Shown: positions 14,687 through 29,014, numbered from the stretch's first letter. The stretch is 64,000 bases of DNA from Octopus bimaculoides (GCF_001194135.2 NC_068994.1:41292814-41356813), one strand, 5' to 3'. The notes: generated by a model from the sequence alone, not told the origin. Numbers and translations are program-made.

Positions 14687-15531
14687 AAAGAAACAAATGA
14701 AATAAGTGTTAACAGCCAATGTCAAATGTTTCTTATTCATTTATATCACAAATATTTTATTATGAAACTAAAATGTTAAATTTTCTAATGTATTCTTGGC
14801 TTTCTTTTGTCTTTTAATATATATGTATCTGGAATTTTTACATTTGTTGAAGCTTACTTATGTGTTTATAAATCACTTGAATTAGCTCACAATATATAAT
14901 TGGCACTTACTTTATTAACTCTGATGAGACAAAATGCAAAATTTGCCTCTGAAAGATTTTGATTCAAAATCTAAAAGAGCTAATTAAATACAGCATTGTA
15001 TTTCAATCAACATTATCAACACAGCCATTCATAATCCTTATGTTTGTATATATTCAAAAAGTTTACATAAATGTGTAAATGTATATTCATGTTTTATAGA
15101 CAATAATTTTCAAACATTTTAAATTAATTTTAAAAGAATTTAAATGGATTGAATGTCATAGAAAAATGGCTTCAATTTAGAGGAACAAGCCAAAAGAGTT
15201 GGAGAGAGATTTTAGGCATTACAAAATAACAATCTAGTGTATTAGTTTAAAAGAATGATAAATGTGGCAGCGTAAGAATTCTTCATAATATATTCCAGAC
15301 AAAAGTCAATATATTTAGCCATTACTGAGATGAAAAGTCACACCTTATCGCATCTTTACAAAGAGATAAAGTGTATAGTTTGAAGATTTCTGAAAATATT
15401 TGCCTTCACTTCCTAACAAATGATTTTTATGAGCTTGACTTAAATGAAAAACCAATAAATTATGTCTAACAGAAACAAAGTTAAGTTCCTAATGATGAAA
15501 AGGGATGAGTAAATTTTCATTCCTACTATAG

Positions 15532-16010
15532 GCAAAGGCCTAAAATTTTGAGGGGAGGGGGCTAGTCGATTACATCGACCCCAGTACTCAACTGGTACTT
15601 ATTTTATTGACTTTGGAAGGATGAAACCAGTGGCAGATTGGGTCTAAAAATATTGGTTGCCAGGAGATTAAGGGGGTTCACCCACAACTACAATTAATTT
15701 TCTTTCTTTTTTTTTTCTGTTAAAAATATTGTTTTCAACTGTCTACAAACACAGCCAGGCTGAAATAATTAATGCATTCTTCCAGGAGTGAATAAAAAAT
15801 TCTCAAATTTGAGGGGATAGGCTGCCATATATGGATTCTAATGACACAGGGAGCCACTTGCCATCAGGCAAGCTGGCAACCTTGCTAGTCCACCACTGGA
15901 TGAAAGGCAAAGCTGATCTCAGCAGAATTTGAACTCAGAACACGAAGACAGATGAAACACTGTTAAGCATTTCACTCAGAATGCTAACAAGTCTGCCAAT
16001 TCACTGCTTT
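15532..16010 (-). mobile_element. Family A SINE interrupted by a hAT MITE
   Basis: The SINE sequence breaks at ggatgaaa (15619-15626) and resumes at gatgaaaggcaaag (15899). Confidence 0.7.
15628..15898. mobile_element. hAT-type MITE
   Basis: TIRs CAGTGGCAGATT / AGTCCACCACTG; near-perfect 8-bp TSD gatgaaac / gatgaaag. Confidence 0.7.
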
Positions 16011-16777
16011 GGATGAGTAAATATTGAAACTTTTCCCTATTTACTGCCAAATATTCCTTCCCTGTGTATTTCAGTTTTTTTTTTGTTTTTTTTTTAGATT
16101 TCGTTTTTGTTAAGTAGAAATAATGCTTGTCTTAGTGAAACAACAACCAAAATAAATTTAACATAACTCGCAGTTACTCAGCTTATAAAATTTATGCCCA
16201 TACTATTTTCTGATTGTAACATGTTCAATCTAAAATAGCAAAATTTATTTCTGTTTACTTGACTAAAAATAAATTCTCTTAAGTGCAAAACTGTATATCT
16301 TTTTGAACTAAGAGAAATATTTTCATGAAGCAAGTATTTATATATTCATGTATTCATGCTTATTTATATTTGTGGATGAGTTAACTGTTTATTCTCTTAT
16401 TCCTGTTCAGTTTTCCAAAACATCACTCAATTATCCATGTTTTTGATCAATATAACTAAAAATTGTAGGCTTTCTCCCCTCTGATCCATCTTCTTCCATG
16501 AGTCATTATTGATTACCAGGAGGTTTCTGTCACTGTTGATGACAATATTTTCCTGAATAAATTACTTTATTTGAAACCACATCAGTTCATGTTTGGCGTG
16601 TATTTGTCATCTTGCTGTTAATATATCTGTATTTGGTCGTCTTCATTTTCGTATTTCATATTTCATTTCATTTCATTTCGTTTCTTCATCAGTAATGGAT
16701 TGTCTCCAGTAATATTTCAAGCCATGTTAAACAGACTATTAATCTTATCTTTTAACTATTAAATTTTCAATTAATAG

Positions 16778-16873
16778 GTTTGTGAAATCACAGTAGAGCG
16801 AAAAGAAATTACTCTTCTTGGAGCATGGAGATTCAGTGAAGAAGCTTATAGTAGTAGTGAAATAGAAACATAA
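16778..16873 (+). CDS. Candidate terminal exon VCEITVERKEITLLGAWRFSEEAYSSSEIET*
   Basis: Branch-like tttaac ~25 nt upstream, TAG acceptor, exactly 32 codons to TAA, then TE-poor UTR-like sequence with AATAAA near 17012; protein not recognised. Confidence 0.4.
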   Translation, partial: VCEITVERKEITLLGAWRFSEEAYSSSEIET

Positions 16874-18660
16874 ATGATGATGATGATGGTGATGACGATG
16901 ATAACGAAGACGACGACAATGACAACAATGATGATGATGATGGTGCTACAGAAAGAATTGTTCATTGCTTGACTGAATATGGTCATAAGCCAACCTATAA
17001 AGATACTATTTTAATAAACTGAAATGGTAATCTAAGTCTTGCTATAGTTTAAATAATAGTTTATTTGAATAGTTGATTTAATTCCATCCAAGCTGAATAT
17101 GTTTGAATGAAATATTTGAATTCAAACTCTTATTGAGCTGTTTAGGAGTAAACTTATGTCGCAACTAGCAGCAAAGTAATTATATTAAAGATGAAGAGAA
17201 AACGAGAATAAGATGATGGAGAGAATAGAGATGGTAAAAATAAGAGATGTCAGGTGATTGGTTTTATCAAATTAAGTAATTATATTTCTTGGGAAATGTT
17301 GAATTGGGAAAGTGAAGAATTGGTCTGCAATAAACAATTGAATTATTTTCCAACACTGTCATTTAATTAGATATTGCTTTTTTTGTTTTGTTTTATTTTA
17401 TTTTAATTGTTTATAATGCCTTTATTTGCTTGGTTTGCTCTGTCTTAATTCTTATACAGTAAATGGTTTGTTGGTGGAAGCAGCACTATTAGGCAGCATC
17501 AAATTTAGTCTAGCAGTCATCTAGTGAGGTCTGAAGCCAATATCATTGACACATAATTAGATTGAGTAAACTCCCATCAGACTATAGATGCCAAAATGTG
17601 TGTCAGCAGACTTCTTTTTCCTCAATTGATTCTGATGGAGATTTTGAAGATAACAAGAAACAGCACTTGTTAAAACATCATTGAGAAAACAACAGTGACA
17701 GAAATAATGGTCCGTCATTACTTAGATTGGAATCTCTGTCAAAAAGAACCCTTTGTGTCATTATTTCTTTGACTAATAACTTGTTTCTATGGCTACTTGA
17801 CTGTTATTTGTATCTAACGGGCAGGTAAAAATCAATAGTTCCAAAATCTTATTTTCTCTTTTGGTTTTGATTCATACTCCTACAAAACTAAATAAGATAA
17901 AATAAAACAACATATAAGAAACAACAAGAACAGCAACGGTAACATTAACAAATTCTAACAATGCTATTTAAATTAGAAAAGATAATTTCAAACAGTGTTT
18001 TTATGTACTTTGTTTGCAAAAACAGTTAAACATTAATCAAAGATATTAATTAAAGCAACCATCCTAATCATAGGTTTGTAGAAATTTTCAGAAAAGCTAC
18101 TTCAAAATTGCAATTCTGAATTGCACTCTTTTTTGCATTGCATAATTGCAGTAATTTAATCTGAAGCTTCTGCCGATAGTAGGATGCATAATAGAGGCAA
18201 GTTAAAGAACAATACGTAGGACAATGTTAGGGAGATGCTCAGTCTCTACATAAGGAAATGAATCTAAGGTATTTATAGATGTATTCAGAATTCAATGCAA
18301 GTTTGTGTTTTTTATCTTTCTTCCTAATCAAAAACTTTCTCAAGCGTTTCATTGGTGTTTGTTTCAGCTATTGTACAATTTTACAGTAGATACGACCAGT
18401 AACTCAGAGGTGTTTGCTTTCTGCAGAAATAGAAAAATGCAGATAATTGAAAAGATTTAAAGAAGCAATAGATAAACAAACACATAAACAGAGAGCTAAA
18501 GAATGTTTTTAATGTAAAGGAGGAAGAATTGTTTGCACATGTTCAGAAAATATTTGCATGGAATCATGGAATGTATTTAAGGAAAGCATTTAAATAAGCA
18601 GCATTTTAGCATCTGTTATATATATATACACACACACACATTCATACATACATACATGCA

Positions 18661-18744
<84 letters not shown>

Positions 18745-19767
18745 TAATTGCATGGGTTGGATAGGTTTGCCATACAGAATATTACTGATTGCCTTGGTTA
18801 GTTGGTTAGTCATCTCTGTTTATTTTCTGAGAAGTTCAGCAAAAAGATTGAGTTTATAAACATTTATATTGATGGAGTTATACACATAGTGTAGTTAGAA
18901 ATTATAAAATTAAATTGATTACTTGTTGACAATGAAAATGTATGACATCATCATAGTTGTTGTCATCACTGTTGCTATCATCATATCATCATCATCATAA
19001 GCAGCAACAATAACACCACCAACAAGACTGGCATAACCATCTTCATCATCATCATTGTCGACATCGTCATCATCATCCTCTTCCTGATCCTCATCATGTA
19101 TATTAAAACAAAAATGTCAGCAAATGTATGATAGAGCATTGAGCTGAATATTTTTTTACAATTTGAGCTCAAATCTGCAAAGATCAACTGTGTTATTCAT
19201 TCTTCTGTGGTTAAAAAGACAGTAAAGTAATGGTGAAGTAGTGGGGTTCATACAACTGACAAATCCTTCTTTAACCATTTTCTAGTTTTGTACCTATACA
19301 GAAATTACTAACAACATTCATCCTACTATATACAGAGTTTATATCCAGATGGGATATAAACTTTGTATTTAATCTCGAAAGATTTAATAAAATAGCCAGT
19401 TTGTTCTGATGTCAGTGCAATTATATGCAATCTTCTTCAACAAAATTGTGACCTTATAACTATGTAAAAAAAAATCAATATGTTACAGATATTCTGTTAT
19501 TTAAAATTCTACTGTCAGGTACAGAGATTAAATATCTGTTTCAGCAATATATTGTAACAAATTTCAAGTCAGACCATCCTCAATAATTAGTCCTCAGCAG
19601 AGCCGAGAGAACCACCATGTGATTGTTACAGATGTTGGAAGTAGTTGCTTAATCACCATCATATCACAACTTACTTACTGGCCATTAAAAGGAAGTACAT
19701 GTTCTACAATGTAATTTCAGATAAACAAAGAACAAAAACAAATAATGATGATGATGATGATAAAACA

Positions 19768-20710
19768 TGCTGATGTGAACAAGAAGCACACCCATCAGTG
19801 GCTACGAAACTCAAGGCTAAAGGTAGAGAGTGAAGGCTGTATCTTGGCTGCCTAAGATCAGAGCTTATTGACCTATAACTATCAAGCCAATCTGATGAAA
19901 AATGGTGTAGACCCAAAGTGCCAATACTGCAACGATGGGATTGAAACAGTGGACCACCTAATCTCTTTAGCACCTGTAGAATAAAAATCAAGACATGACA
20001 GAGATGGCCAATATCTACATTGAATAATGTGTCAGCATTATAAAATCAAAACTGCTGATAAATGGTACAAGCGCCACCCTGAGGCTGTAACTGAGGAAGA
20101 AAATGTAACGATTCTTTGGGACTTTCCAGTATGTACAGACTGGACCATCCAAGCAAATAAACCAGATATTGTTGTGTAAGATCAACATAGTAAAAGCTAT
20201 TTATTGATTGATATGAGCATATCTTGCGACTATAATATCTTGGCAAAAGAATTTGATATGCTCAGAAAATACAAAGACTTGGTAATCAAAATGGAAAAGA
20301 TGTGGCATCTCAAGATGGCTACAATGCCAGTGATTGTAGGAACACTTGGAATGATCAAAAAAGGAACTGAAAATTATTTGAGAATGATCCCTTGCTTACC
20401 TTTCATGCGGAAGTGCAAAAGATTGTCTTAACTGGTGCAACATATGTACTGAGAAGAGCATTGTGGCTGTGAATTTTCTTTCCCTTTTCCCTCACCTTTA
20501 TTTCCATTGTTTACTTTCTATTTTTTTATTTTTCTCTATGTCTTTCTTCCCCTTTTTCTCTATCACATGACTTTGTAAATGAACAATTTGGTGTGTTTAT
20601 TTTAATGGCATACCAATTTATAGAGTGTGTTGCACTGCAATAGGTGTCAGGAAGACACTTGGCAAGAAAGGGAAACAGAATTGAAAGAAGATAAGGAAAA
20701 TAATAATAAT
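19768..20710 (+). mobile_element. R4/Dong-clade non-LTR retrotransposon 3' end (CCHC plus restriction-like endonuclease), degenerate
   Basis: HQWLRNSRLKVESEGCILAA*DQSL, DPKCQYCNDGIETVDHL (CCHC), VTILWDFPV, ANKPDIVV, LLIDMSI...KEFDMLRKYKDL...WHLK...PVIVGTLG; (TAA)n tail near 20700; stops and frameshifts present. Confidence 0.85.
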
Positions 20711-21436
20711 CCTTTCTACTATAGGCTCAAGGCCTGAAATTTCGGAGGATTATATTTCTCACTTCTACTTCATTTGAATCAGTGTCTAACCATTTGTCAG
20801 CAGGTGGACCATTTTTGTGAACAATATTATATAAATATCTATCTATTTACTTACCAACTTAACTACTTACCTATCTACAATAAACTTGAATCTACTTTCT
20901 GTATAGAGACCCCCATTAGTATGTGGTCTGCTTTGTTTGTAACCTTACCTTAATAATAATAACCTCAATTTAGCCTTTACATATTACATACAGATCTGAA
21001 CTACAACAGCAGTTATAACAGTTTCCTAAAAGGCAGGCTTAATAGCAGTTATAATGGTTTCCTACATAGATTGAAAATATGTAAGAGTTGGTTAATAATA
21101 TTAATACACACCCCACTGTTTTCACTCCATATTTACTATTTACTATGTGGAATCAAGATGGATTTAAAGCACAATCAACCCTAGTAGCATTTGAAATCAG
21201 AATGCAGAGGCATTTATTTTAGTGATATTATTCACACTCTACCATCTTTGTATTGGTCTGCAACAATATTTACACTTAAAGAAATATCAATACCAATATA
21301 GATAGTAAATCTTTATGATTCTAGATTGCTTTTATCATTTGAAGAATTATTTTGAGATGTTCTTTACCATTATATACTTAAAAGTACTCTCTTCTTCACT
21401 CTCTATATGTATAAAGATGTATGTGCATCTGTGTAT

Positions 21437-21469
<33 letters not shown>

Positions 21470-22617
21470 CACACAATATACACTCATACACACACACATA
21501 TATATATAAATACATATACATATACCCATTTACATACAAACACACATATTTATATATTTAGGAAAATATCAATGACTTTAACCTTTTCAGTGGGTTTATT
21601 GCGAAAATCTTGATTTATCTTTATTGAGGTTTTCCCTAAGAGCATGCTAAAAATGTAACAAACACCTCTACTATGAAAGGTCTAGTTCTTGGAACTAGGA
21701 TATTTCAATATCCCTCTCTTATTTTCAAAATATTAGCTGAAAAGGTTAATTTCTAGTCGACGGCTTTACCGATATTGATAATACATTTATTTTTTTCTCT
21801 GCATTTCTCATACTTTACACACTCATGCTGTCATTAATAGGATAAGACACTATTGCAAGCTTATCATAAACTATTTTTGTTCATCCCAATACTTGAAATA
21901 AACTCATCATGATGGAACTGTTATCAGGAAGATTCCGTACTATCAGCAGGATTCTGTGTTACAACGAAATGAATTTGGATTCTTTCCACCTCTATTGCCT
22001 CAAACAAGCTGCAAGTTATTACAGAACTCACACCATTACTTGAATATAGAAGCACTCTTAACTTGCCATTCCTGAATCAAAGCTAATTACATTTATGGTC
22101 ACAGCAGTATAACCAGACTGCTTAGGTCAGTGTATATTAACAAGAGTTTTTCTCCATGAATATTGCTAAACAGATTCTAAAGTAAAATCTCTTCCAGGTT
22201 TGGCTCTGAAGATAAAATATCTCAGCATTAAAATCTACCTATTGATGTGCTTAAGAAATGATTTTAATTAAATTAAATAAGAAATCTTATATGAATGAAT
22301 ATCTATATAGTACTAGAAGGGGAAAATGGCATTAGTTTAAAATAGGATATTGTTCTTAGAAGTGAACAGATGGAAGAAGGGAAGATGATGTCAAACAGAC
22401 CCTTAGCTATATAAAATCTATATTTCTTGCTATAGTGCTTGCTTTTAGATGCACAGTGTGACAATTTTACTTCAGCTCTTATGCATATATATTCTAGTAT
22501 TCTTTATTCTTACCTCTTTTTCTTTTCTTTCTTTTTTTTTAGGTTAATCAAAATTACAATTTGCATTTTCCCTGCTTGTATTTTGAAAGAGAGAAAGAAA
22601 AGGCGAGAGAGCGAGAG

Positions 22618-22669
<52 letters not shown>

Positions 22670-22858
22670 NNNNNNNNNNNNNNNNNNNNNNNNNNNNNNN
22701 NNNNNNNNNNNNNNNNNNNNNNNNNNNNNNNNNNNNNNNNNNNNNNNNNNNNNNNNNNNNNNNNNNNNNNNNNNNNNNNNNNNNNNNNNNNNNNNNNNNN
22801 NNNNNNNNNNNNNNNNNNNNNNNNNNNNNNNNNNNNNNNNNNNNNNNNNNNNNNNNNN

Positions 22859-22895
<37 letters not shown>

Positions 22896-22957
22896 CAGAT
22901 AGACAGAGGTAGAAAGACAGACAGAAAGAGAGAGCAGCAGAGAGACAGACAGACAAC

Positions 22958-23049
<92 letters not shown>

Positions 23050-23702
23050 TATTTTCATATATTTCCCAGGTGAGACATTGCTACAAACTAAAGGTTGAAA
23101 CAGCCTATTAACCTTAGATTCTGTGTTGTTTGTACTATACAATAACAGGAAAACTAAAATTTATTAGTCCAGTTAACATTTGCTATTAAATTATACATAA
23201 ACATAAGGCACAAAGAGATTGAACATAATTAACCAGCAAACCAGAGAACTGAACTGGAATCTATTCAACTGTAAACCAATTAAATATGAAACACAGTCGT
23301 TTGTTGTCTGGTTTTGTTGTTTCAGTTCACCTATGTAAACCAAAACAGTATCTTAATTCTTCATCATAACTTTGACCAAATTATTTAATATTAAGCTATT
23401 CAATTTTAAGCAATTCACTTCTCATACCCAGACAATAGCATGAATGGAATATGTTTGTATGTTTATAGTTAATGTGCTCATTGAGTAATTAACATGCAAA
23501 CATACATGAGTAAAAGTCAATATTATCCATAACAAACTCAGCTTAGAAGAAAAGCTTTGATTATCAGAAAACTTCACGTGTTGAAACTGTTTGTGAAGGT
23601 TTAATAAATTATTTCTATCTTGGTAGCATAAGTAAAATGAAAGGCCTTTGCAAGGCTGTAAAATACCACAGTCATGGTTCAACAGGAGCTTGTTTTTTTT
23701 GT

Positions 23703-23929
23703 TCTAATATTTAGTATTTAAACCATCTATATCAGGCCCAAATAATCTACCTGTTTTATGTTTAAACTGGCCAGATCAAACCTTTTACACCTATCCTACA
23801 ATGCCCTTCTAAAAATATGCTATCACATCATCTAAATCTCAAAGCTACAAGATAATGCTTCATTAATTTAAAACAATGTAAATAAGCAAGAATGACATTT
23901 GATTCAATAACGGGAATGCTAAAAGTTAA
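23703..23929. mobile_element. piggyBac-like MITE copy (opposite orientation)
   Basis: Reverse-complement match to the same family; ends gaatgctaaaagTTAA. Confidence 0.6.
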
Positions 23930-24038
23930 GGCAAAACACAATAAGTTATTTCTTAGTTTATTAGGAAGGATCACAATCCATTATAGAAGTACAGGACATG
24001 ACTAATACTTATTTTATGAACCCTATAGTATGGGATCG

Positions 24039-24382
24039 TGAAGGTGCATGGCTCAGTGGTTAGAGCATCGAGCTTACGATCGGGAGGTTGTGAGTTCGAA
24101 TCTCGGACCAGGCCGTGTGTTGTGTTCTTAAGCAAGACACTTTATTTCATGTTGCTCCAGTTCCCTCAGCTGTTGAAATGAGTTGCGACATCACAGGTGC
24201 TAAGATGTATTGGCCTTTGTCTTTCCCTTGGATAACACTGGTGACGTGGAGAGGGGAGGCCAGTATGCATGGGCAACTGCTGTTCTTCCATAAAGAATAA
24301 CCTTGCCCGGACTTGTGCCTGAGAGAGTAACTTTCTAGGTGCAATCCCATGGTCAGTCATGACCGAAGGGGGTCTCAGCAGC
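24039..24382 (+). mobile_element. tRNA(Val)-like-headed SINE, family B, full length
   Basis: A-box tggctcagtgg, anticodon-like loop CTTACGA, B-box gagttcgaatc, CORE-like segment gtgttcttaagcaagacactt, 12-bp TSD agtatgggatcg (24027-24038 and 24383-24394). Other copies at about 53095-53420(+), 58680-58850(-), 9990-10330(-), 46430-46570(+). Confidence 0.85.
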
Positions 24383-24399
24383 AGTATGGGATCGAGATG

Positions 24400-24730
24400 T
24401 GGAGATATTAAAAAAACCATACTGAAGAAAATCTAGAATCTCAACAACCACTGCCTCAAGAATTAATCGGAATCCATTGAAGGCTAAAAAAGAAAAACTG
24501 CAATATAACCTGGTGGAAGCAAATCTAGTTGACTCCCAGTGACATGGTGATCAATCAAAAGAACTGGTATTGGATTATACACTTTCAAAAAGTCCCAGCA
24601 CAGCATCACCAAACAGTCCTTCTGAAAAAACCCTCAAAACAAGGGGAAGAAAGAGAAAACCAAAGTGTCCCTGGCGTCATAACCTAAAGAATGAAATAAG
24701 AAGATCTAGATAGAGCTGAGGGTAATATTT
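24400..24730 (+). mobile_element. RTE-clade LINE 3' ORF remnant
   Basis: Frameshifted W.WI..T..K..HSITKQS...NPQ...KRKPKCPWRHNLKNEIRR pattern, typical of the RTE C-terminus. Confidence 0.55.
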
Positions 24731-26789
24731 TCAGATCACCAGAAAAATATCTATAAAAATGGTGCCACTTAAAAAGTACCCATGCTGGTCCTGTGTTAAT
24801 GCACCCATGCTGGTGACATGTAAAAAGCACCCAGCATACTCTGTTAAGTGGGTGGTTTTAGGAAGGGCATCCAACTATAGAAACTACGCCACAACAGACA
24901 ACTGGAGTCTGGGCAGCTCCATGCTAGCCAGCTCCATGTCAAACCATCCAACCCATGCCAGCATGGAAAGCAGACGTTAAACGACAACGATGACGATGAT
25001 GATGATGATGATGACATTCATATTTCTAGTTCTTACTTTAATTGGATTTTCACATTAAACATTATATTTTTCTGTATGTTTTAGACAATGCTTAATGCAA
25101 TGTGATATTGAAAATATAGAGGTTTCCAGCTTGTTGGAGAAGACTATCAATATATCTTTGCAGTTTTTGCACGATTGAGTTTCTAACCAACATACCATCA
25201 ATGTATTGCAAAGCTGTATGACAGAACATTTACAAGGTTTCAGGTGACTGATTTCCTTTAAAATTAATTGAAAACTGTTGGAAGATTGGTTGGTCAAAAA
25301 TCTCCACTCACAACTCTTTTATATATCAGCTGGTGTTCGTTCTATTAATCACTATTAATTACTATGAGAACGTTAACCAGGTTTTCTCTTGCAGTGCATT
25401 ACAGAATGGTTGAGCTTGCTTACTTAGATGATGTCATTGTCATGGTAACATTGTTATCAGAAAAGATAGATTAAAAATATAAAGTAAAATCAAAAATTTA
25501 TTACAAATATCTATAGAAGAAAGGAAATCCGTTTGAATATTTTCCAATGAATACTTAAAACTATTTGGTTGCTAAGGTCTACTTGAAACCTGATCGCCCA
25601 GTTCAGTCAAATTTTAAATTCTAATCCACGAATGGGCTTCATTCTAATTTCATGCTGAGGTCTAAACCCCACGTGAATATCAAGTGATAATACTGCTTTT
25701 ATTTGCGCCTTTCAAAGAAAGATAGACAACAAGAAAGCAAAGAAAGAAAGAAAGAAACTTTGGATAGAATAGACTAGTATTCCAGTTTGCATAGAAGAAT
25801 AGACTATGCTGTCAGAAATTCTGATAAGCAGTTGATAATATTTTCTGAGGTGATCACAGAAGGCCAAGTGTAAAATATGCAAGTACACTGTGAGGCAGAG
25901 GTATCTGCAGAGATCCCTGGATGGTGAGCAAGTATGATCATTTGTAAAGGACAACAAGGGTTACTAACACCTTTAGTGTCAAGAGACATTTATGCTACTT
26001 GAAAAATATGTGACCACATCATCTGCAAGAAAAAAACAGCCTAATCTCCCATAAATTTCACCCATGAGATTTTTTTTTAAAAAGAAACAGAAAAATTGGT
26101 CTCAAATTTTGCAACTAAGTCAGTAATTTTAGAGGAGTAAGTTGATTACATTGACGCCAGTTTTCCGCTGGTACTTATTTTGTCAACCCCAAAAGCATGA
26201 AAGCTAAAGTCAACTTTGGCACTATTTGAACTCAGAATGTAAAGATAGATGAAACGCCACTAAGCATTTTGTCCTGTGTGCTAACAATTCTGTCAACTTA
26301 CTGCATTAGAAATACAGAAATATTTGTGTCAGATTTTGGCACAAGGCCAGAAAATTTAGGGGAGGAGAAAGTTGATTACATTGAGCCCAGTGCTCAACTG
26401 GTACTTACTTTATCCACTCCAAAAGAATGAAAGGCAAAGTCAACCTCGGCAGAATTTGATCTGCAAGTGGATAGATTCATGAAATGCTGCAAACAATTCT
26501 GCCAAATCATTGCCTAAAAACACAGAAATAATAATTTGATAATGTAATTCCAGATATGCAATATTCCACCATAAAAACGTTGGGATGGTCATAGATGAAA
26601 TGCTTTTCAATAATAGGTCTGTTTAGTCAGGGATGAAATGAAGCTGAAACAGCAAAAACAGCAACTGGGAAAATACAAGCTGATGATATCACTGTAATTT
26701 GTTTTACTAAAGAGAATGAAAGGTTTTCGGTGGAATACATTAGGAGTAGTACCTTTGTAAACTTGTTAACTGTTCTTCTTCAGATGTGG

Positions 26790-27200
26790 ACCAGAGCACT
26801 GGACTCTAACTATGACACAACTCCCATTTATGGCTCCCAGAAGCTGGTAGTGAACATTGATGGCCACCCAACAAAACTTCACTTTGGCTAGTGATTAAAA
26901 CTAAGTAGGAAGTATTAGCAATCCCAGAAGCATTGCTGAACAAGGGACAGCACCCTTTATGTGCACAAAGACTGAAATGGCTGATGTGGTAGGATCCATT
27001 TATGGTCAATGACTAAGAAGATATGACAGCAAGCTGTGTGGTGCATCTAAAGTTACACTCTGAAGGAATGGATTGGGACCCCACCATGTATATAATTGTA
27101 CCCATAGTAAATTATGGATCTTAGACTACCTGAATGGAGAGCCTTGATATTCAGCATGCTGAGAGCAGATGATACCTAAGAATAGAAAAAGAGAATGAAC
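26790..27200 (+). mobile_element. Degenerate LINE (RTE-like) RT C-terminal remnant
   Basis: CGPEHWTLT (cf. YGxExWTLT) followed downstream by AQRLKWL; many stops. Confidence 0.4.
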
Positions 27201-28089
27201 AATGGTTTCCTAAAAGATGCAAAAAATTCTGAGATTCTTCTGTCGACATTTAGGAGTAAGATTTTGAACAACTTTAAGATATTTTTGGTTTAACAGTGTG
27301 ACCAGAACAATCTTTACAAGAGCTGAAAAAGATTATGTGTACTGCTCCTGCTCTTCTGATTAAGCCACTAAAATATGAAAGTAGAAAAGAAAGAACAGAC
27401 ATGAGGTCAGTGGATCATATTCTACTCCTTGCTATAAAGAGGTTGTTGTCACCTTGACCTATAACTTTACTTCAAATATTAAAGAGTCATACAAATTTTT
27501 AGACTATTCATATACATACAACTTCATCTTAACTTAAACTTTGTTTCATAGTGTAAAACATTAAATTTGAAAAGAAGTTAAAACTAGATTGTATAATGGT
27601 GCTTTAAGAGCATAATTATAAAAAAAAGAATCGCAATTTTTCAAATATATGTTGCATTCACCTACCTCATGCTGAGAATTTGGCATGGCTGACTGGACAA
27701 TGAACCTGCTTCAATAACAGTAATTTTTGGCCCTGGAGGCAAACACACAAACACACACACATGAATATCCATCAGACAAGGACTATCTTGTCATCCTTGA
27801 GAATGACAATTGACTTGTATGTTGACTTTGTTTAAAAGAAGAGTCACAATTCGTTAACCTCACTCTCTCATCTGTGACCATCTCCAATCCATTACCAAGA
27901 CCAGATCAAAACGAGTGGAGATGGAGATGGATACAGTACCAACCAAATCCTTGTGAATGGCTTTGGTGGATAGAAAATGAATATATATATAAGTCAGTAA
28001 ATGGTGGATTTGTGTAAACCGCACGTGGAAAAATAATAAGAAAATAAAAAATAATAATAATAATAATAAGGCAGAATGCTAAGCTGAAA

Positions 28090-28502
28090 GCATATTTTAA
28101 TATAGACGTGAATGGCAAATTTTCAAGAAGAGGGGCAATGAAAATAATGATTTTTACAAAAGAGTCCAGAACTCCAACTAAAGAGTATAAAACCCAAAGA
28201 ATTGTCTTCCCATACACACACTTCCTGTTTAACACATAAACTCTCAGCCTTTTTTTAACACAACACGATTCTTAATTCCATGCATCCTAATCTATCTAAC
28301 AATTATCTAAATGGATTACCATTGAACTTAAAAAATTCAAAGACAATATAATGTATTGGTATGTTCATTTTTTTGTATATTTTTTATATTTTTGTAAAAA
28401 ACATTATTTTCATTTCCCCTCTTCTTGAAAATTTGCCATGCAACGAAAGCTGGTTAGAAATCCTTTTTAATCCTCCTTATGCACATCTATATTAAAATAT
28501 GC
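28090..28502. mobile_element. Non-autonomous element with ~70-bp terminal inverted repeats
   Basis: 28090-28161 is the reverse complement of 28390-28439 plus 28482-28502 (42-bp insert in the right arm); the right end abuts an N-gap. Confidence 0.55.
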
Positions 28503-28512
28503 NNNNNNNNNN

Positions 28513-28586
<74 letters not shown>

Positions 28587-28780
28587 TATATATAGATAGA
28601 TGTATATATACACATACATTCATTTTCTGGTATAGGTTGGATGGTTTGACAGGGGCTGGCTAAGCAGAAAACTGCATCATGCCTCACTGTCTATTTTGGC
28701 AGGGTTTTTATGGCTGGAAGCCCTTCCTAACACCAACTACCTTACAGAGTGGACTACCACCTTACATATATATATATATA

Positions 28781-28860
28781 CAGGGTGTCTACAAGGTCTA
28801 GGTACATGGAGTAAATAAAATCATAGCATAAACAATTAGATATAAGAAATAATAATTTCT
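28781..28860 (+). mobile_element. Truncated Tc1/mariner-type MITE end
   Basis: TA|CAGGGTGTC terminus with no matching right TIR; truncated where the HHR-bearing element begins. Confidence 0.4.
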
Positions 28861-29014
28861 TAAACACATTTTTACTGAACGCGAGGAAATGCAACTCTCA
28901 AAGCCACTTACATAGATATATAGGGATAAACAATCTTCTATGTACTATGCTGGATACATGAGGTGTTCGTCTGGTATGTTAATTATTTTGTTTATTTTTA
29001 TGTGTCTTGACCAT

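Noticed and set aside
14915-14970. CTGATGA...GAAA motif
   Set aside because: Pairing is in the wrong register, and the sequence is a decayed family A SINE core.
16670-16700. Minus-strand CTGATGAAGAAACGAAA
   Set aside because: No stem II; part of a (GAAAT)n simple repeat.
27825-28020. Trp-rich open frame (NEWRWRWIQYQPNPCEWLWW)
   Set aside because: Its 3' part is a decayed family C SINE segment (ccaaagccttgtgagtggatttggtag).
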